A stretch of 53,828 bases of DNA from an uncultured Erysipelotrichaceae bacterium (lineage in GTDB: Bacteria; Bacillota_I; Bacilli_A; Erysipelotrichales; Erysipelotrichaceae), in NCBI GenBank assembly GCA_910586285.1, contig CAJUGR010000002.1, positions 1-53,828 of the forward strand, in the 5' to 3' direction. The translations under genes were made by a program, and so were the position numbers. Position 1 is the first letter of the stretch, and each line of letters opens with the position of its first letter. Below, in pieces: positions 1-9,443 of this stretch. Under the pieces are notes generated by a model, which ran no database searches, was not told where the DNA came from, and saw nothing but the letters and a program-made list of their open reading frames with translations.

Positions 1-54
1 AGAAAGGCTCAAGGGACAGAAACGAAACGTAGGAGCAGAGAACGAAACAGACAG

Positions 55-619
55 GCATGTATTGAACTGTCCGCAAAAAATGACCGACTGAAAATAAGCA
101 ACATGATGGAATTACTTCACAATCAGCTGCCGCAAGTCATTGATCAGGCCAAAACTTGAATTGCGAAATATCAATTTGATTTCTGTAAAATGGAAAAATT
201 CAATATTACGGGTACCGGATTGATTTACATCGGCATTGGAAAGTGCTTTAAAAGTATGGGAAACTACCCGAAAATGTGGTTTTGCGATAGAAACGGAAGA
301 ATTCAGTCATGTAATCGATCTGGCATATGATGAACGAAATACCGTATTTATTATCACGAACAAACAAGAGAACCAAAAACGACTTTCCGATACCATCGCT
401 ATTTCTAAAAAAATCACCAAGCAAGTCTTTATTGTCAGTGATTACGCCTTACAGCAAGAGAAGACCCATATTCTGCCGGAAAACATTGATTGTGAATTCA
501 GTCCCATTGTCAATGTCATTCCCTTTCAACTTTTGGGAGCCATCATTGCCAAGTCCATTGGTATTGATACAAGTAAGTATCCCTATGATGATATTGATGG
601 GATTGCTCATCTTCAATAA
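55..619 (+). pseudogene. Disrupted C-terminal part of a SIS-domain sugar isomerase/deglycase (GlmS/FrlB-like)
   Basis: ORF 236-619 has SIS motifs (ESALKVWET, ETEEFSH, PIVNVIPFQLL). Frame 1 upstream reads ACIELSAK...LPQVIDQAKT*IAKY...NITGTG, with an in-frame TGA at 157-159 and a +1 shift near 225-235 into the 236 frame. Confidence 0.7.
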
Positions 620-621
620 AT

Positions 622-667
622 AAAAATAAGGGAAGACGTCTGAAACTTCAAACATTTCCCTTTTTAT
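622..667 (-). terminator. Intrinsic terminator after spoVT-rqcP (possibly bidirectional)
   Basis: AAGGGAAAUGUUUGAA/UUCAGACGUCUUCCCUU hairpin with G-U pairs on the - strand and T-runs on both sides. Confidence 0.65.
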
Positions 668-724
668 TGGTTTATTCATTTTGCGGTCATTAAGCTTGCT
701 TCTTCTAGTCATGAATACTCGCCA

Positions 725-1024
725 TCACAGCAGAGGATCTTCTGCCACTTCCTCGGATTCAACGTTGTTTTTCACCAACTTCTCTTCCACGACTTCAAAC
801 ATCAAGGCAGCATCATTCTTATTAGCCTGTTTCTGCAGTAAAAGCACACGGATCGTTAATTCACGATGCCCAAACAACACTTTAATGATATCCCCGACCT
901 TCACATCGGTGCTAGGCTTCGCGACTCTGCCATTCACATAGACACGCTGTTGATCAGCCAACTCCTTTGAAACCGTTCGCCTTTTTAAAATTCTGGCTGT
1001 CTTTAAATACTTATCCAACCGCAT
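725..1024 (-). CDS. rqcP: S4-domain RNA-binding protein (YabO/RqcP, Hsp15-like)
   Basis: MRLDKYLK..RILKRRT..KE...RVYVNG..AKPS..VKVGD S4 signature; downstream of spoVT as in Bacillus. Confidence 0.85.
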   Translation of the reverse strand: MRLDKYLKTARILKRRTVSKELADQQRVYVNGRVAKPSTDVKVGDIIKVLFGHRELTIRVLLLQKQANKNDAALMFEVVEEKLVKNNVESEEVAEDPLL

Positions 1025-1055
1025 CAGATCACCTCACGGGAATAAGTTTACCACA

Positions 1056-1550
1056 TTATTGGGCTTGTTGGCGAATTAAAAGTTCACAATAAGCCTCAAT
1101 AGCCTGTAATTCTTCTGCTTCATAAGCATGATTCTCAAACAACATCACAAAGGCACCGAACCAATCACCGAATGCCACAACCGGAAAAACAATTCCGTTA
1201 TAACGCTGATCTTCATCCTGAAAAACCAGTTCCTGTTGAAATTTGGTCACCCGATGCGTCGACATCTCCTTGCGGAATTGTTCATCTATCACTTTCTGAT
1301 GTAACCGCAGCCATTCATCCTGTAAAAACAAAACCGGCTCATGAAACATTGCCTCCAGTGTTTCCACCATAAGATTGATCTCTTCCAAATGCTTACTTAA
1401 TACATCAAATTTCTGTATGACAATGCGATCATGTTCGATAAAGAATTCAATGGAATCTCCCTCTTTTAATCGATATTGTTTTCTTATTTCTTTTGGAATA
1501 ACAAGCCGTCCTAAATCATCTAACCTTCTCACAATTCCAGTTGCCTTCAC
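1056..1550 (-). CDS. spoVT: Stage V sporulation protein T (AbrB-type DNA-binding domain + GAF-like C-terminus)
   Basis: KATGIVRRLDDLGRLVIPKEIR..LKEGDSIEF AbrB motif plus C-terminal FPVVAFGDWFGA; GTG start at 1550 with AAGGAG RBS. Confidence 0.8.
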   Translation of the reverse strand: MKATGIVRRLDDLGRLVIPKEIRKQYRLKEGDSIEFFIEHDRIVIQKFDVLSKHLEEINLMVETLEAMFHEPVLFLQDEWLRLHQKVIDEQFRKEMSTHRVTKFQQELVFQDEDQRYNGIVFPVVAFGDWFGAFVMLFENHAYEAEELQAIEAYCELLIRQQAQ

Positions 1551-1580
1551 ATTTATGCACTCCTTTAAGATTACTAGCCT

Positions 1581-1609
1581 TAGTATGGACACAAAGCTTA
1601 TGAATATAC
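1581..1609 (-). promoter_or_regulatory. Sigma-G-type (forespore) promoter of spoVT
   Basis: GTATA-N17-CATACTA on the - strand, just upstream of the spoVT RBS. Confidence 0.65.
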
Positions 1610-1709
1610 TTCATTTCCACATCAGTGAATAAAAAGGCAGTACATAATATAGCGATAGATGAAAATACAATATGGTATGATAGAATAGAATTCTTATCAT
1701 TTGCAGATT

Positions 1710-1741
1710 AAAACACACAGCTTTTCGATAAAGTTGTGTGT
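1710..1741 (-). terminator. Intrinsic terminator after the two-component operon
   Basis: ACACACAACUUU-AUCGA-AAAGCUGUGUGU followed by U residues. Confidence 0.55.
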
Positions 1742-1865
1742 CTGTAAAAGAGAGTTTGGGATGCGCTTTATTTTGAAGTTCTCTCCTATTTGATCTTGTT
1801 TGATAATGGGATGTTTTGCCGGAATGCTTTTGGGATGATTTCCTTCGTTCCCCTCTGCATCTTGA

Positions 1866-3368
1866 TCACGATAAAGTCTTATCATCAATGGTATCATGGA
1901 GCTTCACCCAAAAAGTGGTTCCCTTGCTCGTTTCACTTTCCACTCCGTACTCGGCATGATGCAGATCCAAAATATTTTTGACAATGCTTAGACCTAACCC
2001 ACTGCCAAGGGTGGAGCGAACATGATGCTGCTTACTCTTATAATAGCGATCCCACACATACGGTAACTCACTTTCCGGAATCCCTGCGCCATGATCGCTG
2101 ATAGCAATACGAACCCCGTTTTCAACAACTTCCTGCTTCACAATGACCGTGCGATCGTCTCCGCAATAAGTAACGGCATTACTGATTAGATTATACATCA
2201 CTTGATTCAATTTGATCTCATCGCCTTCAATGACACATTCCTTATCATATTGAAATTTAATATGATAATCCCGGGCTTCCAACATTTTTTGAAGACGCTC
2301 TGTTAAGCGCAATATCATTTTGGTAATGGCACACGGCGTTACCGCTAGTGTTTGTACTCCTGCCTGTAATTTTGATAAATCCAAAATATCATTCACCAAA
2401 CCGGTCAGCCGGTTGGCTTCATCGATAATGACTTGCACATTCTCCGGTGTGTTTTCTCCCGGAATATCCCGCATCATTTCTCCATATCCGCTGATCATAG
2501 TAAGCGGGGTACGAAGATCATGACTCATATTCGCAATCAATTCCCGCTGATACTGCTGAACCTTACTTAACTCTTTTGCCGCATAATTCAGCGTTTGATT
2601 CAATTCATCGATTTCTTCATAACCATCACCGTCAAAAGTAACCTCATAATTTCCGGCAGCCAACTGCTTGGCATGATCATTGATCGTGATGATCGGCTTC
2701 GCAATTTTTCGCGCAGACAAATAAGCAAGAAGCATTGCCAATATCAACAAAATTATAGTAATAATGATCAGTTGGGTGCGAATTGCCTCTACGGTCGCGT
2801 TGACCGGTGAGATTTCCGCATTGACAAGGACGATCAGCGATGTCTCATCATAAACATTCAACACACTGGCATACGTAATATTTTGAATTCCTTTACCCTT
2901 TTGAAACGAATCCTGGGCTTCATCTCCCTCCTGTGGCAATCCGAAAATCCATTGTGTCCGCTTTTCATCGGTCGTGATCAGTTGGGAAGCACTGCCTTGA
3001 TTCGCCAAAGCCTCTTCATAGAGGCCTTCCAGTTCTTCCTGTTTCATTTTATCAATCATACAGCGCGGATCGCGGCGATTGCTTGTATAGAGTTCTATAT
3101 AATCCTCATTGAGAATCGAAACACAAAGATCATTTTGGCGGGCGATTTCATCTATACTTTCTTTAAAATACTCTGTTGTCAAAACTTCATTGATCTGCTC
3201 GGCTGCACGTTTCACCGAATGCTTCTTACTCATTTGATAAAACTGATCCAAAAACTGCACTTGAAAGATCCACAATAACAGTAGCATCAATCCCCCGAAT
3301 ATCATAAAGGCAGTGAAAATCTTGACCTTTACGCTGTGCAGCCGCAATTTTTCCTTAAACAATTTCAA
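1866..3368 (-). CDS. HAMP-domain sensor histidine kinase
   Basis: Two TM segments, HAMP, H-box ANMSHDLRTPLT, N-box NLISNA, G-boxes DHGAGI and GSGLGLSI. Confidence 0.95.
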   Translation of the reverse strand: MKLFKEKLRLHSVKVKIFTAFMIFGGLMLLLLWIFQVQFLDQFYQMSKKHSVKRAAEQINEVLTTEYFKESIDEIARQNDLCVSILNEDYIELYTSNRRDPRCMIDKMKQEELEGLYEEALANQGSASQLITTDEKRTQWIFGLPQEGDEAQDSFQKGKGIQNITYASVLNVYDETSLIVLVNAEISPVNATVEAIRTQLIIITIILLILAMLLAYLSARKIAKPIITINDHAKQLAAGNYEVTFDGDGYEEIDELNQTLNYAAKELSKVQQYQRELIANMSHDLRTPLTMISGYGEMMRDIPGENTPENVQVIIDEANRLTGLVNDILDLSKLQAGVQTLAVTPCAITKMILRLTERLQKMLEARDYHIKFQYDKECVIEGDEIKLNQVMYNLISNAVTYCGDDRTVIVKQEVVENGVRIAISDHGAGIPESELPYVWDRYYKSKQHHVRSTLGSGLGLSIVKNILDLHHAEYGVESETSKGTTFWVKLHDTIDDKTLS

Positions 3369-4035
3369 AGCGATAACCTACTCCCCGTAGTGTCACAATC
3401 AATCGACTGTATTTCCCAATACTTTTGCGCAACAGTTTCATATGCGTATCCAAAGTGCGATCATCACCGAAAAAATCATAGCCCCACACATCACGAATCA
3501 GCTGTTCTCTGGTCAAAGCGATTCCTTCATTTTTAACCAAATAGGCAAACAATGCATACTCCTTCGGTGTCATATCAACGCGTTCACCGTCAATGGTTAC
3601 CACTCGCGCCGCAAAATCAAGGGTCAATCCCTGAAAAGTAAACAAATCCTTTTTCATCGGGTTCGAATGTGTACCCTGTACACGCTTCAAAACAGCTTGT
3701 ACCCGCATCATCAATTCCTTTGGCGAAAACGGTTTTACGACATAATCATCCACACCGATTTCAAAACCGTGTAGCTTGTCATATTCCTCACCGCGAGCCG
3801 ACAACATAATCGCCGGAATATTTTTCATTTTCTGAATTTCCTTACATGCGGAAAACCCATCCAAATTCGGCATCATGACATCCATGATAATCAGATCAAA
3901 ATCCTGTGTGCGACATCGCTCTACCGCGGCCATGCCATCTTCTGCCTCTTCCACTTCATACCCTTCAAATAGCGCATACTTACGAATCATATCTCTTATC
4001 TTTACTTCATCATCCACAATCAATAACTTCGCCAT
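3355..4035 (-). CDS. OmpR/PhoB-family response regulator
   Basis: LIVDDE, MDVMMP (phospho-Asp), KPFS, winged helix with DRTLDTH..LR and RGVGY. Confidence 0.95.
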   Translation of the reverse strand: MAKLLIVDDEVKIRDMIRKYALFEGYEVEEAEDGMAAVERCRTQDFDLIIMDVMMPNLDGFSACKEIQKMKNIPAIMLSARGEEYDKLHGFEIGVDDYVVKPFSPKELMMRVQAVLKRVQGTHSNPMKKDLFTFQGLTLDFAARVVTIDGERVDMTPKEYALFAYLVKNEGIALTREQLIRDVWGYDFFGDDRTLDTHMKLLRKSIGKYSRLIVTLRGVGYRFEIV

Positions 4036-4060
4036 GCCATCACCTCAAACATATAACTCT

Positions 4061-4161
4061 ATTATAACGTATATTTTCTAGATCTGTGTGGAAAGAAAGT
4101 GAAAAAAATAGAGGTATTTTCACATTACTGTCACATTGATATTCTAATTTTATCATATTAT
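4061..4161. promoter_or_regulatory. Divergent promoters, each with an 11-bp-period direct repeat (OmpR-family boxes)
   Basis: - strand: TTCACT (4103-4098) and TCCACA (4092-4087), then TATAAT (4066-4061). + strand: TTCACA (4119-4124) and GTCACA (4130-4135), then TATTAT (4156-4161). Confidence 0.5.
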
Positions 4162-4744
4162 ACAATAATAACAGCAATTCATTAAGGTATCAATCAATTC
4201 TTTTTTTGGTTCATTCTTAAAGGGAACAGGTGTAAAATCATTGTCAATTATAATGTACGATTTATCATTGAAGTTGTCTTTTTTCTTGTCGCTTTGTTTG
4301 GAATTCATAGGTAAAAAGTTCTGAATAATACCGATGAATGTGCTGATACCTCTTCAGTAAAACGAGTCAGAATTGATTCTGGATAGAAGCGGGAAATAAT
4401 TGTTTTATGCGCTTATTCTACAAAAGTAATTTGTGATTATGCTTCATTTACAGTACTTTTTTCATCCAATCGGGAAATATACCTTTTATTTATTTATTGG
4501 TGGAACCGTTTTCATATCAGAGGGGGGGTTCCCTTCGTTATGGGGATGAAACAAAGTCTTTTCCCCTCTGTTTTGCTCATACAAACAAACGGTGATTTCT
4601 TCTCGATCGTCTGTTTTATCGAACCATCATGCAGAAAAAAAAGTACCCATGTTTATACCACAGGCACCATAACCAATTTCGTTTTTGATGGCAGGATAAA
4701 CGCACACAGCTCCTCTCCGGTTTTGTTTCTTCACCATTGTTTTT

Positions 4745-5608
4745 TTATGAATTCAACTGTTCATGGTATTGTTTATACAATTCATTTTTGGATATGCCGC
4801 ACTCGGTGGCTGCTTTTTTGATGGCCTCTTTACTGCTGCATCCCTCATTTATATAGCGATCAATTCGCGCATAGATGGCAGGCATATCCAGAGCCTGATC
4901 CTTTTCTTTCTGATAGCCGGATACAACGAGAACCATTTCACCGCGTAATGTTTCACACACATCACGAATTTCGGAAATCTGCCCGCGCAAGAATTCCTCA
5001 TGACGTTTAGTAAGTTCTCGTGCCAAACAGCATTCTCGATCACCAAATACCGTCAGCATATTATCTAACGTCTTTTCCATACGATGTGGTGCTTCATAAA
5101 AAATCAGTGTCTGCGGATATTCACGCAGCAACTGTAATTCTTTCATTTGTTCTTTGGTATGGGAGGGCAAAAAACCATAAAACAGAAACGGCTGGGTCAC
5201 TAACCCACTGGCCACCAATGCATTCAACATGGCATTGGCTCCGGAAATTGGAATCACCGGATATCCTGCATCAATGACTGCTTTGGTGATTCTTTCACCG
5301 GGATCGGAAATGAGCGGATAACCGGCATCAGAAACTAACGCGATGCTTTTTCCTGCATCCAACAATTCCAACAACCCATGCGTACTGGCCGCTTCATTAT
5401 ATTTATGATGTGCGATCAATTTTGTATGAATATCAAAGTGCGTTAACAGCTTCCGCGTATTGCGAGTATCCTCTGCCGCAATCACATCCACCTGCTTCAG
5501 CACCGCGATGGCACGGGGTGTCATTTCTTCCAAATTTCCGATCGGCGTCGCTACCAGATACAAGGCTGCTCCGGTTTTCTCAAAACTTTTTTGTCGTTTC
5601 ATCATCAA
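4745..5608 (-). CDS. rsmI: 16S rRNA (cytidine1402-2'-O)-methyltransferase
   Basis: LYLVATPIGNLEE, AAEDTR, VSDAGYPLISDPG, FYEAPHR, ARELTK.HEE. Confidence 0.95.
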   Translation of the reverse strand: MMMKRQKSFEKTGAALYLVATPIGNLEEMTPRAIAVLKQVDVIAAEDTRNTRKLLTHFDIHTKLIAHHKYNEAASTHGLLELLDAGKSIALVSDAGYPLISDPGERITKAVIDAGYPVIPISGANAMLNALVASGLVTQPFLFYGFLPSHTKEQMKELQLLREYPQTLIFYEAPHRMEKTLDNMLTVFGDRECCLARELTKRHEEFLRGQISEIRDVCETLRGEMVLVVSGYQKEKDQALDMPAIYARIDRYINEGCSSKEAIKKAATECGISKNELYKQYHEQLNS

Positions 5609-5611
5609 ATC

Positions 5612-6511
5612 CTATCGCTGAGAGAAATCAATATCCGGCCATAATTCTTTGAAATCCAAGAACTGAACATCTTCCTTATTTTCAATTTTAGCCTGTTGAA
5701 GCAACACGTTCATACTGGTAACCCGATACTTTTTTCCTTTATACTCAATTTGCGCATTCAGCTTTGGTAAGCCTTCACGCAGTTTTTTATACTGACTGTC
5801 TTCGTATTTTAAGCAGCACATCAACTTACCGCATTGACCACTCAATTTCTGAATATTCAAGGCCAACAGTTGATTCTTTGCCATATTGATCGAAACCACA
5901 TCGAAATCGTTAAGGAAACGACTGCAGCATGTCTCCATTCCACACATACCCAAACCTCCGATGATTTTTGATTTATTGCGCGGGCCGATCTGACGCAATT
6001 CGATGCGGCATTTGAATTCCGCAGCCAATTCTTTTAACAGTTCTCGGAAATCCACGCGTTCCTCTGCCACATAAACAAAAATCAGTTTATTGCGATCCAA
6101 CGTATACTCTGCCTCAATCAAATTCATATTCAAATTCAGCTTTTTTATATGTTGGTCACAAATCTTCAAAGCTTCTTTGGCTTTTTGAATGTTAATTTTG
6201 GCGTCTTCAAAATCTTTTGGACGTGCCTTACGCAAGATCGGCTTGATTTCCATCCCGTTGTTATTGGCGATAAATACCTCACATTCCTTAGTGATCGCAC
6301 CAAGTTCCACACCGCGAACGGTTTCAACTACTACTTGATCTCCAACTTTAAAATGGTTGTTTTCACAACCGAATGTATACATCTTTTTGGATTCTTTAAA
6401 CGATACGAAAGCCACATACGGATAGTGGCGAGGAGCACTTTTCGTATGGCGCTGTTCTCTTTTTCCTTCATGCTCTTTGCGTTCTTTCTCTTTTGGATTC
6501 TGTGAATTCAT
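5612..6511 (-). CDS. ricT: PSP1-domain protein RicT/YaaT
   Basis: RVDFRELLKELA, RIELRQIG, GGLGMCGMETCC, MAKNQ, KLSGQCGKLMCCLKYE; follows holB. Confidence 0.9.
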   Translation of the reverse strand: MNSQNPKEKERKEHEGKREQRHTKSAPRHYPYVAFVSFKESKKMYTFGCENNHFKVGDQVVVETVRGVELGAITKECEVFIANNNGMEIKPILRKARPKDFEDAKINIQKAKEALKICDQHIKKLNLNMNLIEAEYTLDRNKLIFVYVAEERVDFRELLKELAAEFKCRIELRQIGPRNKSKIIGGLGMCGMETCCSRFLNDFDVVSINMAKNQLLALNIQKLSGQCGKLMCCLKYEDSQYKKLREGLPKLNAQIEYKGKKYRVTSMNVLLQQAKIENKEDVQFLDFKELWPDIDFSQR

Positions 6512-7494
6512 CCTAGCACCTCCTTCATTTTATAAACCATCTGATCACATAATAAGCTCAGATTCACTGATTTCCATAGTTTATCTCTTGTCTCTAATAG
6601 GACCTCTAATAATTGATCATAGCGATCATTTTTTTCATGATAAGCTTGAAGCATTGATTGATACCAGGCATGATCGATAGCACCGTTTCCTTTGATCAAA
6701 TCACGGTAGAACATCATCTGCATTTCCAGGAAATAACGCATCCATAATTTCCCATCCGTTTTTTTCCGTTCTGTTCCTGCTTTCAATAACAGATCCAAGC
6801 CGATATAGGGTGATCGTAAAAACGCCTTGGTGAAACTTTGAAACAAATAAAATGCGTGCTGATATTCGTCGCTTTCCGCTGCCGCTATGATTTCTTGGGG
6901 ATGATGAATCATCCCGCTTAACAAGTATGCATCCAATGGATCAATCTTGTCTTTGCATCGTTCATAACATTCAGCCGCAGACAGCGGACGAAACGGGATC
7001 GGCTGACAACGCGATACGATGGTCGGCAACAGGCGCTCCGTTTGTTCACATATCAATATCGCTGTCATTTGATTTCCGGAAGGTTCTTCCAAAAACTTTA
7101 ATAATGCGTTTAATGCTTCCGGCGTTGCGTTTTCTGCCTGATTGACAATATAAATCTTTCGTCCGGTATGTTCCAATCCGGTTTTCGAAAACTCATGTTG
7201 TAACTTCAAAATATGCTCTTTTTTAATAGAAGTTTCTGATCCGTCTAAATAAATCAGATCCGCAAACTGCTGATGCACAACTCTTTCGCATTCAGCGCAT
7301 TCCTCACAGGCAAAACCGTCTCCGTCTTTATGCGGGCAGATCAAACTTTGTGCAACAAATAATGCACATTCTGATTTGGGAGTTCCTTTCGGGCCGTGAA
7401 ATAAATAGGCGTGAGCCAGCTGATCATTCTTTAAGGCATGACTCAGCGTTTGCCATGCGATCGGCTGTTCATGAGCAAGCTGTTGTTTTATCAT
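6508..7494 (-). CDS. holB: DNA polymerase III delta' subunit
   Basis: HAYLFHGP, Cys cluster, NALLKFLEEP, LLPTIVSRC; tmk-holB-ricT synteny. Confidence 0.9.
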   Translation of the reverse strand: MIKQQLAHEQPIAWQTLSHALKNDQLAHAYLFHGPKGTPKSECALFVAQSLICPHKDGDGFACEECAECERVVHQQFADLIYLDGSETSIKKEHILKLQHEFSKTGLEHTGRKIYIVNQAENATPEALNALLKFLEEPSGNQMTAILICEQTERLLPTIVSRCQPIPFRPLSAAECYERCKDKIDPLDAYLLSGMIHHPQEIIAAAESDEYQHAFYLFQSFTKAFLRSPYIGLDLLLKAGTERKKTDGKLWMRYFLEMQMMFYRDLIKGNGAIDHAWYQSMLQAYHEKNDRYDQLLEVLLETRDKLWKSVNLSLLCDQMVYKMKEVLG

Positions 7495-8119
7495 ACTTAT
7501 TTATGATCTCCTCTGTATGATGAAGTGCTTGGGCAAAAACAGTTTCCATATCCGCTTCCGCATCAATCACGATCATACGCTGCGCAAAGCGCGCCTTCAC
7601 CTGTTCATACCCTTCCGCTACCCGTTGATGAAATTCTCGGCTTTCCTGATCCAATCGATCTAATTGTCCCCGTTGAGACACTCGCTTCCAGCCGGTTTCA
7701 AGCGAGACGCTTAAAAAAATCGTTGCATCGGGCATATGATTTTCAATCGCAAATTCATTGATCTGTAAAACCTCATCCATGCCGATACCGCGACCGATTC
7801 CCTGATAGGCCAATGAACTATCAATAAAACGATCACAAAGAACGATTTTTCCCTCAGCCAAAGCCGGCAGAATTTTTTCCGTCAAATGTTGGCGCCGACT
7901 GGCCGCATATAGTAATGCTTCCGTACGCGCATCCATCGCGGTATTGTTTGGATCCAGAATCACCGCGCGAATTTGTTCGGCAATATCGTTTCCTCCCGGC
8001 TCCCGTGTATAAACGACCGGTTCCCCTTTTTCTTTTAATGATTCGTACACTTTGGTGGAAATAGTGGTCTTCCCGCATCCGTCATTTCCTTCAAATGTGA
8101 TGAATAAGCCTTTTCGCAT
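7469..8119 (-). CDS. tmk: Thymidylate kinase
   Basis: FITFEGNDGCGKTT, TREPGG, LCDRFIDSSLAYQG; ATG at 8119 with GAGGAG RBS; TGgTATAAT promoter at 8144-8152. Confidence 0.95.
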   Translation of the reverse strand: MRKGLFITFEGNDGCGKTTISTKVYESLKEKGEPVVYTREPGGNDIAEQIRAVILDPNNTAMDARTEALLYAASRRQHLTEKILPALAEGKIVLCDRFIDSSLAYQGIGRGIGMDEVLQINEFAIENHMPDATIFLSVSLETGWKRVSQRGQLDRLDQESREFHQRVAEGYEQVKARFAQRMIVIDAEADMETVFAQALHHTEEIINKYDKTTACS

Positions 8120-8294
8120 AAAATCGCTCCTCATAACGTCAACATTATACCATGCTTTTTCCTTTCCTGCTTAATGAAATCTTTTCCAGTAACCATTTTT
8201 ATATACTTTTATGTATAAAAGGAAAAGAACGGCATAAAATAATGAATAGGGAGAAGTTCTCCCTTTCTCATATAGCGGTATTAACCGCATTGAT

Positions 8295-8329
8295 AAAAGC
8301 GATGAAGGATTTTCCTCATCGCTCTTTTT
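8295..8329. terminator. Bidirectional terminator-like hairpin after tcdA
   Basis: GCGATGAAGG-ATTTT-CCTCATCGC with A-run and T-run flanks. Confidence 0.6.
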
Positions 8330-8367
8330 ATTATATACAAGCATAAGATTCCTGAATGATCTGTATT

Positions 8368-9144
8368 TCACTGAAATGAATTTTCAAAACCATGCTGATG
8401 AGAAAAATCTGTTTTGGCTTCCTTTCGCTCAAGAATACTTCGTATAGCATAAGATGCACAGGCCAAACCGGCCGCGGCCGGCACAAAGGGTGAACTTGCC
8501 GGAGGCATCTGTTCTTTTCGTGTTTTTCCTTGTTCATTGATCACTTTGGTTTGTTTTCGTGGCTGTTCTATGGAGTAAACAACCGGTATTGGACGGCAAA
8601 TGCCGCGTTTTCGAACTTGCGAGCGCATCACTTTTGCAAGCGGATCATAACTTGTCTGCATGAGTTCTCCGATTCGCAAAGCGGTGGGATTCAAACGATT
8701 GGCCATCCCTAAGCTGGAAATAAAAGGAACACCGCGCTCTAAACACGCAGTAATGAAATCTAACTTACTGCTTACGGTGTCGATGGCATCCACCGCAAAA
8801 TCGATTTGATCGGCGAATATGCTTTCATTTAACGCAGCGGCATAAAATTGTGAATATGTGACCACTTCACAATCATCACGAAAGGAAAGAATTCGTTCTT
8901 TCATCGCAAGGGTCTTTTCTTGGTTGATCGTTTCATAGGTCGCATGAAGCTGACGATTGAGATTACTGGGACTGATCACATCATGATCCACCAAAATGAT
9001 TTTTCCGATACCGCTGCGTGCCAATGCTTCTGCGCAATAGGAACCGACGCCGCCGATGCCAATCAATACAACACATGATTTTTTTAATTCCTTTAACTGA
9101 TTATTTCCCAGTAATAATTCCATTCGCTGTAACGTGCTTTCCAT
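8368..9144 (-). CDS. tcdA: tRNA threonylcarbamoyladenosine dehydratase (ThiF family)
   Basis: GIGGVGS, LARSGIG, DHD...SNLNRQ, DAID, DPLAKVMR, VVYSIE; start chosen by RBS (the ORF track extends to 9171). Confidence 0.88.
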   Translation of the reverse strand: MESTLQRMELLLGNNQLKELKKSCVVLIGIGGVGSYCAEALARSGIGKIILVDHDVISPSNLNRQLHATYETINQEKTLAMKERILSFRDDCEVVTYSQFYAAALNESIFADQIDFAVDAIDTVSSKLDFITACLERGVPFISSLGMANRLNPTALRIGELMQTSYDPLAKVMRSQVRKRGICRPIPVVYSIEQPRKQTKVINEQGKTRKEQMPPASSPFVPAAAGLACASYAIRSILERKEAKTDFSHQHGFENSFQ

Positions 9145-9443
9145 CACCGCCATCCTTTCTTTCCTTGTCATTTGCTAAATCTTGCCGCAAAAATTCAGTT
9201 TTTATGAAAACGTTTCCATGTTTTTATCCGTTTTATTCAACCATACTTTTTATCGCACTCATCTTCTGCATTCAAATAAAATTTTCGTTAAACTTTGGTT
9301 TTTACTTCATCTTAATGCTCATAGATTTTAATGAAATTGTGTTGAAATCAAATTAAAGACACGATAACAAAAGGATTTTCTTATACTTTAATTTTATAAT
9401 ATGTCTTTTTTATAATATCAACCTTCATGAAATTAATTCTCTG

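Noticed and set aside
4540..4821. 93-aa + strand ORF and other short ORFs in the TCS-rsmI gap
   Set aside because: Overlaps rsmI antisense, has no recognisable domain and no convincing start context.
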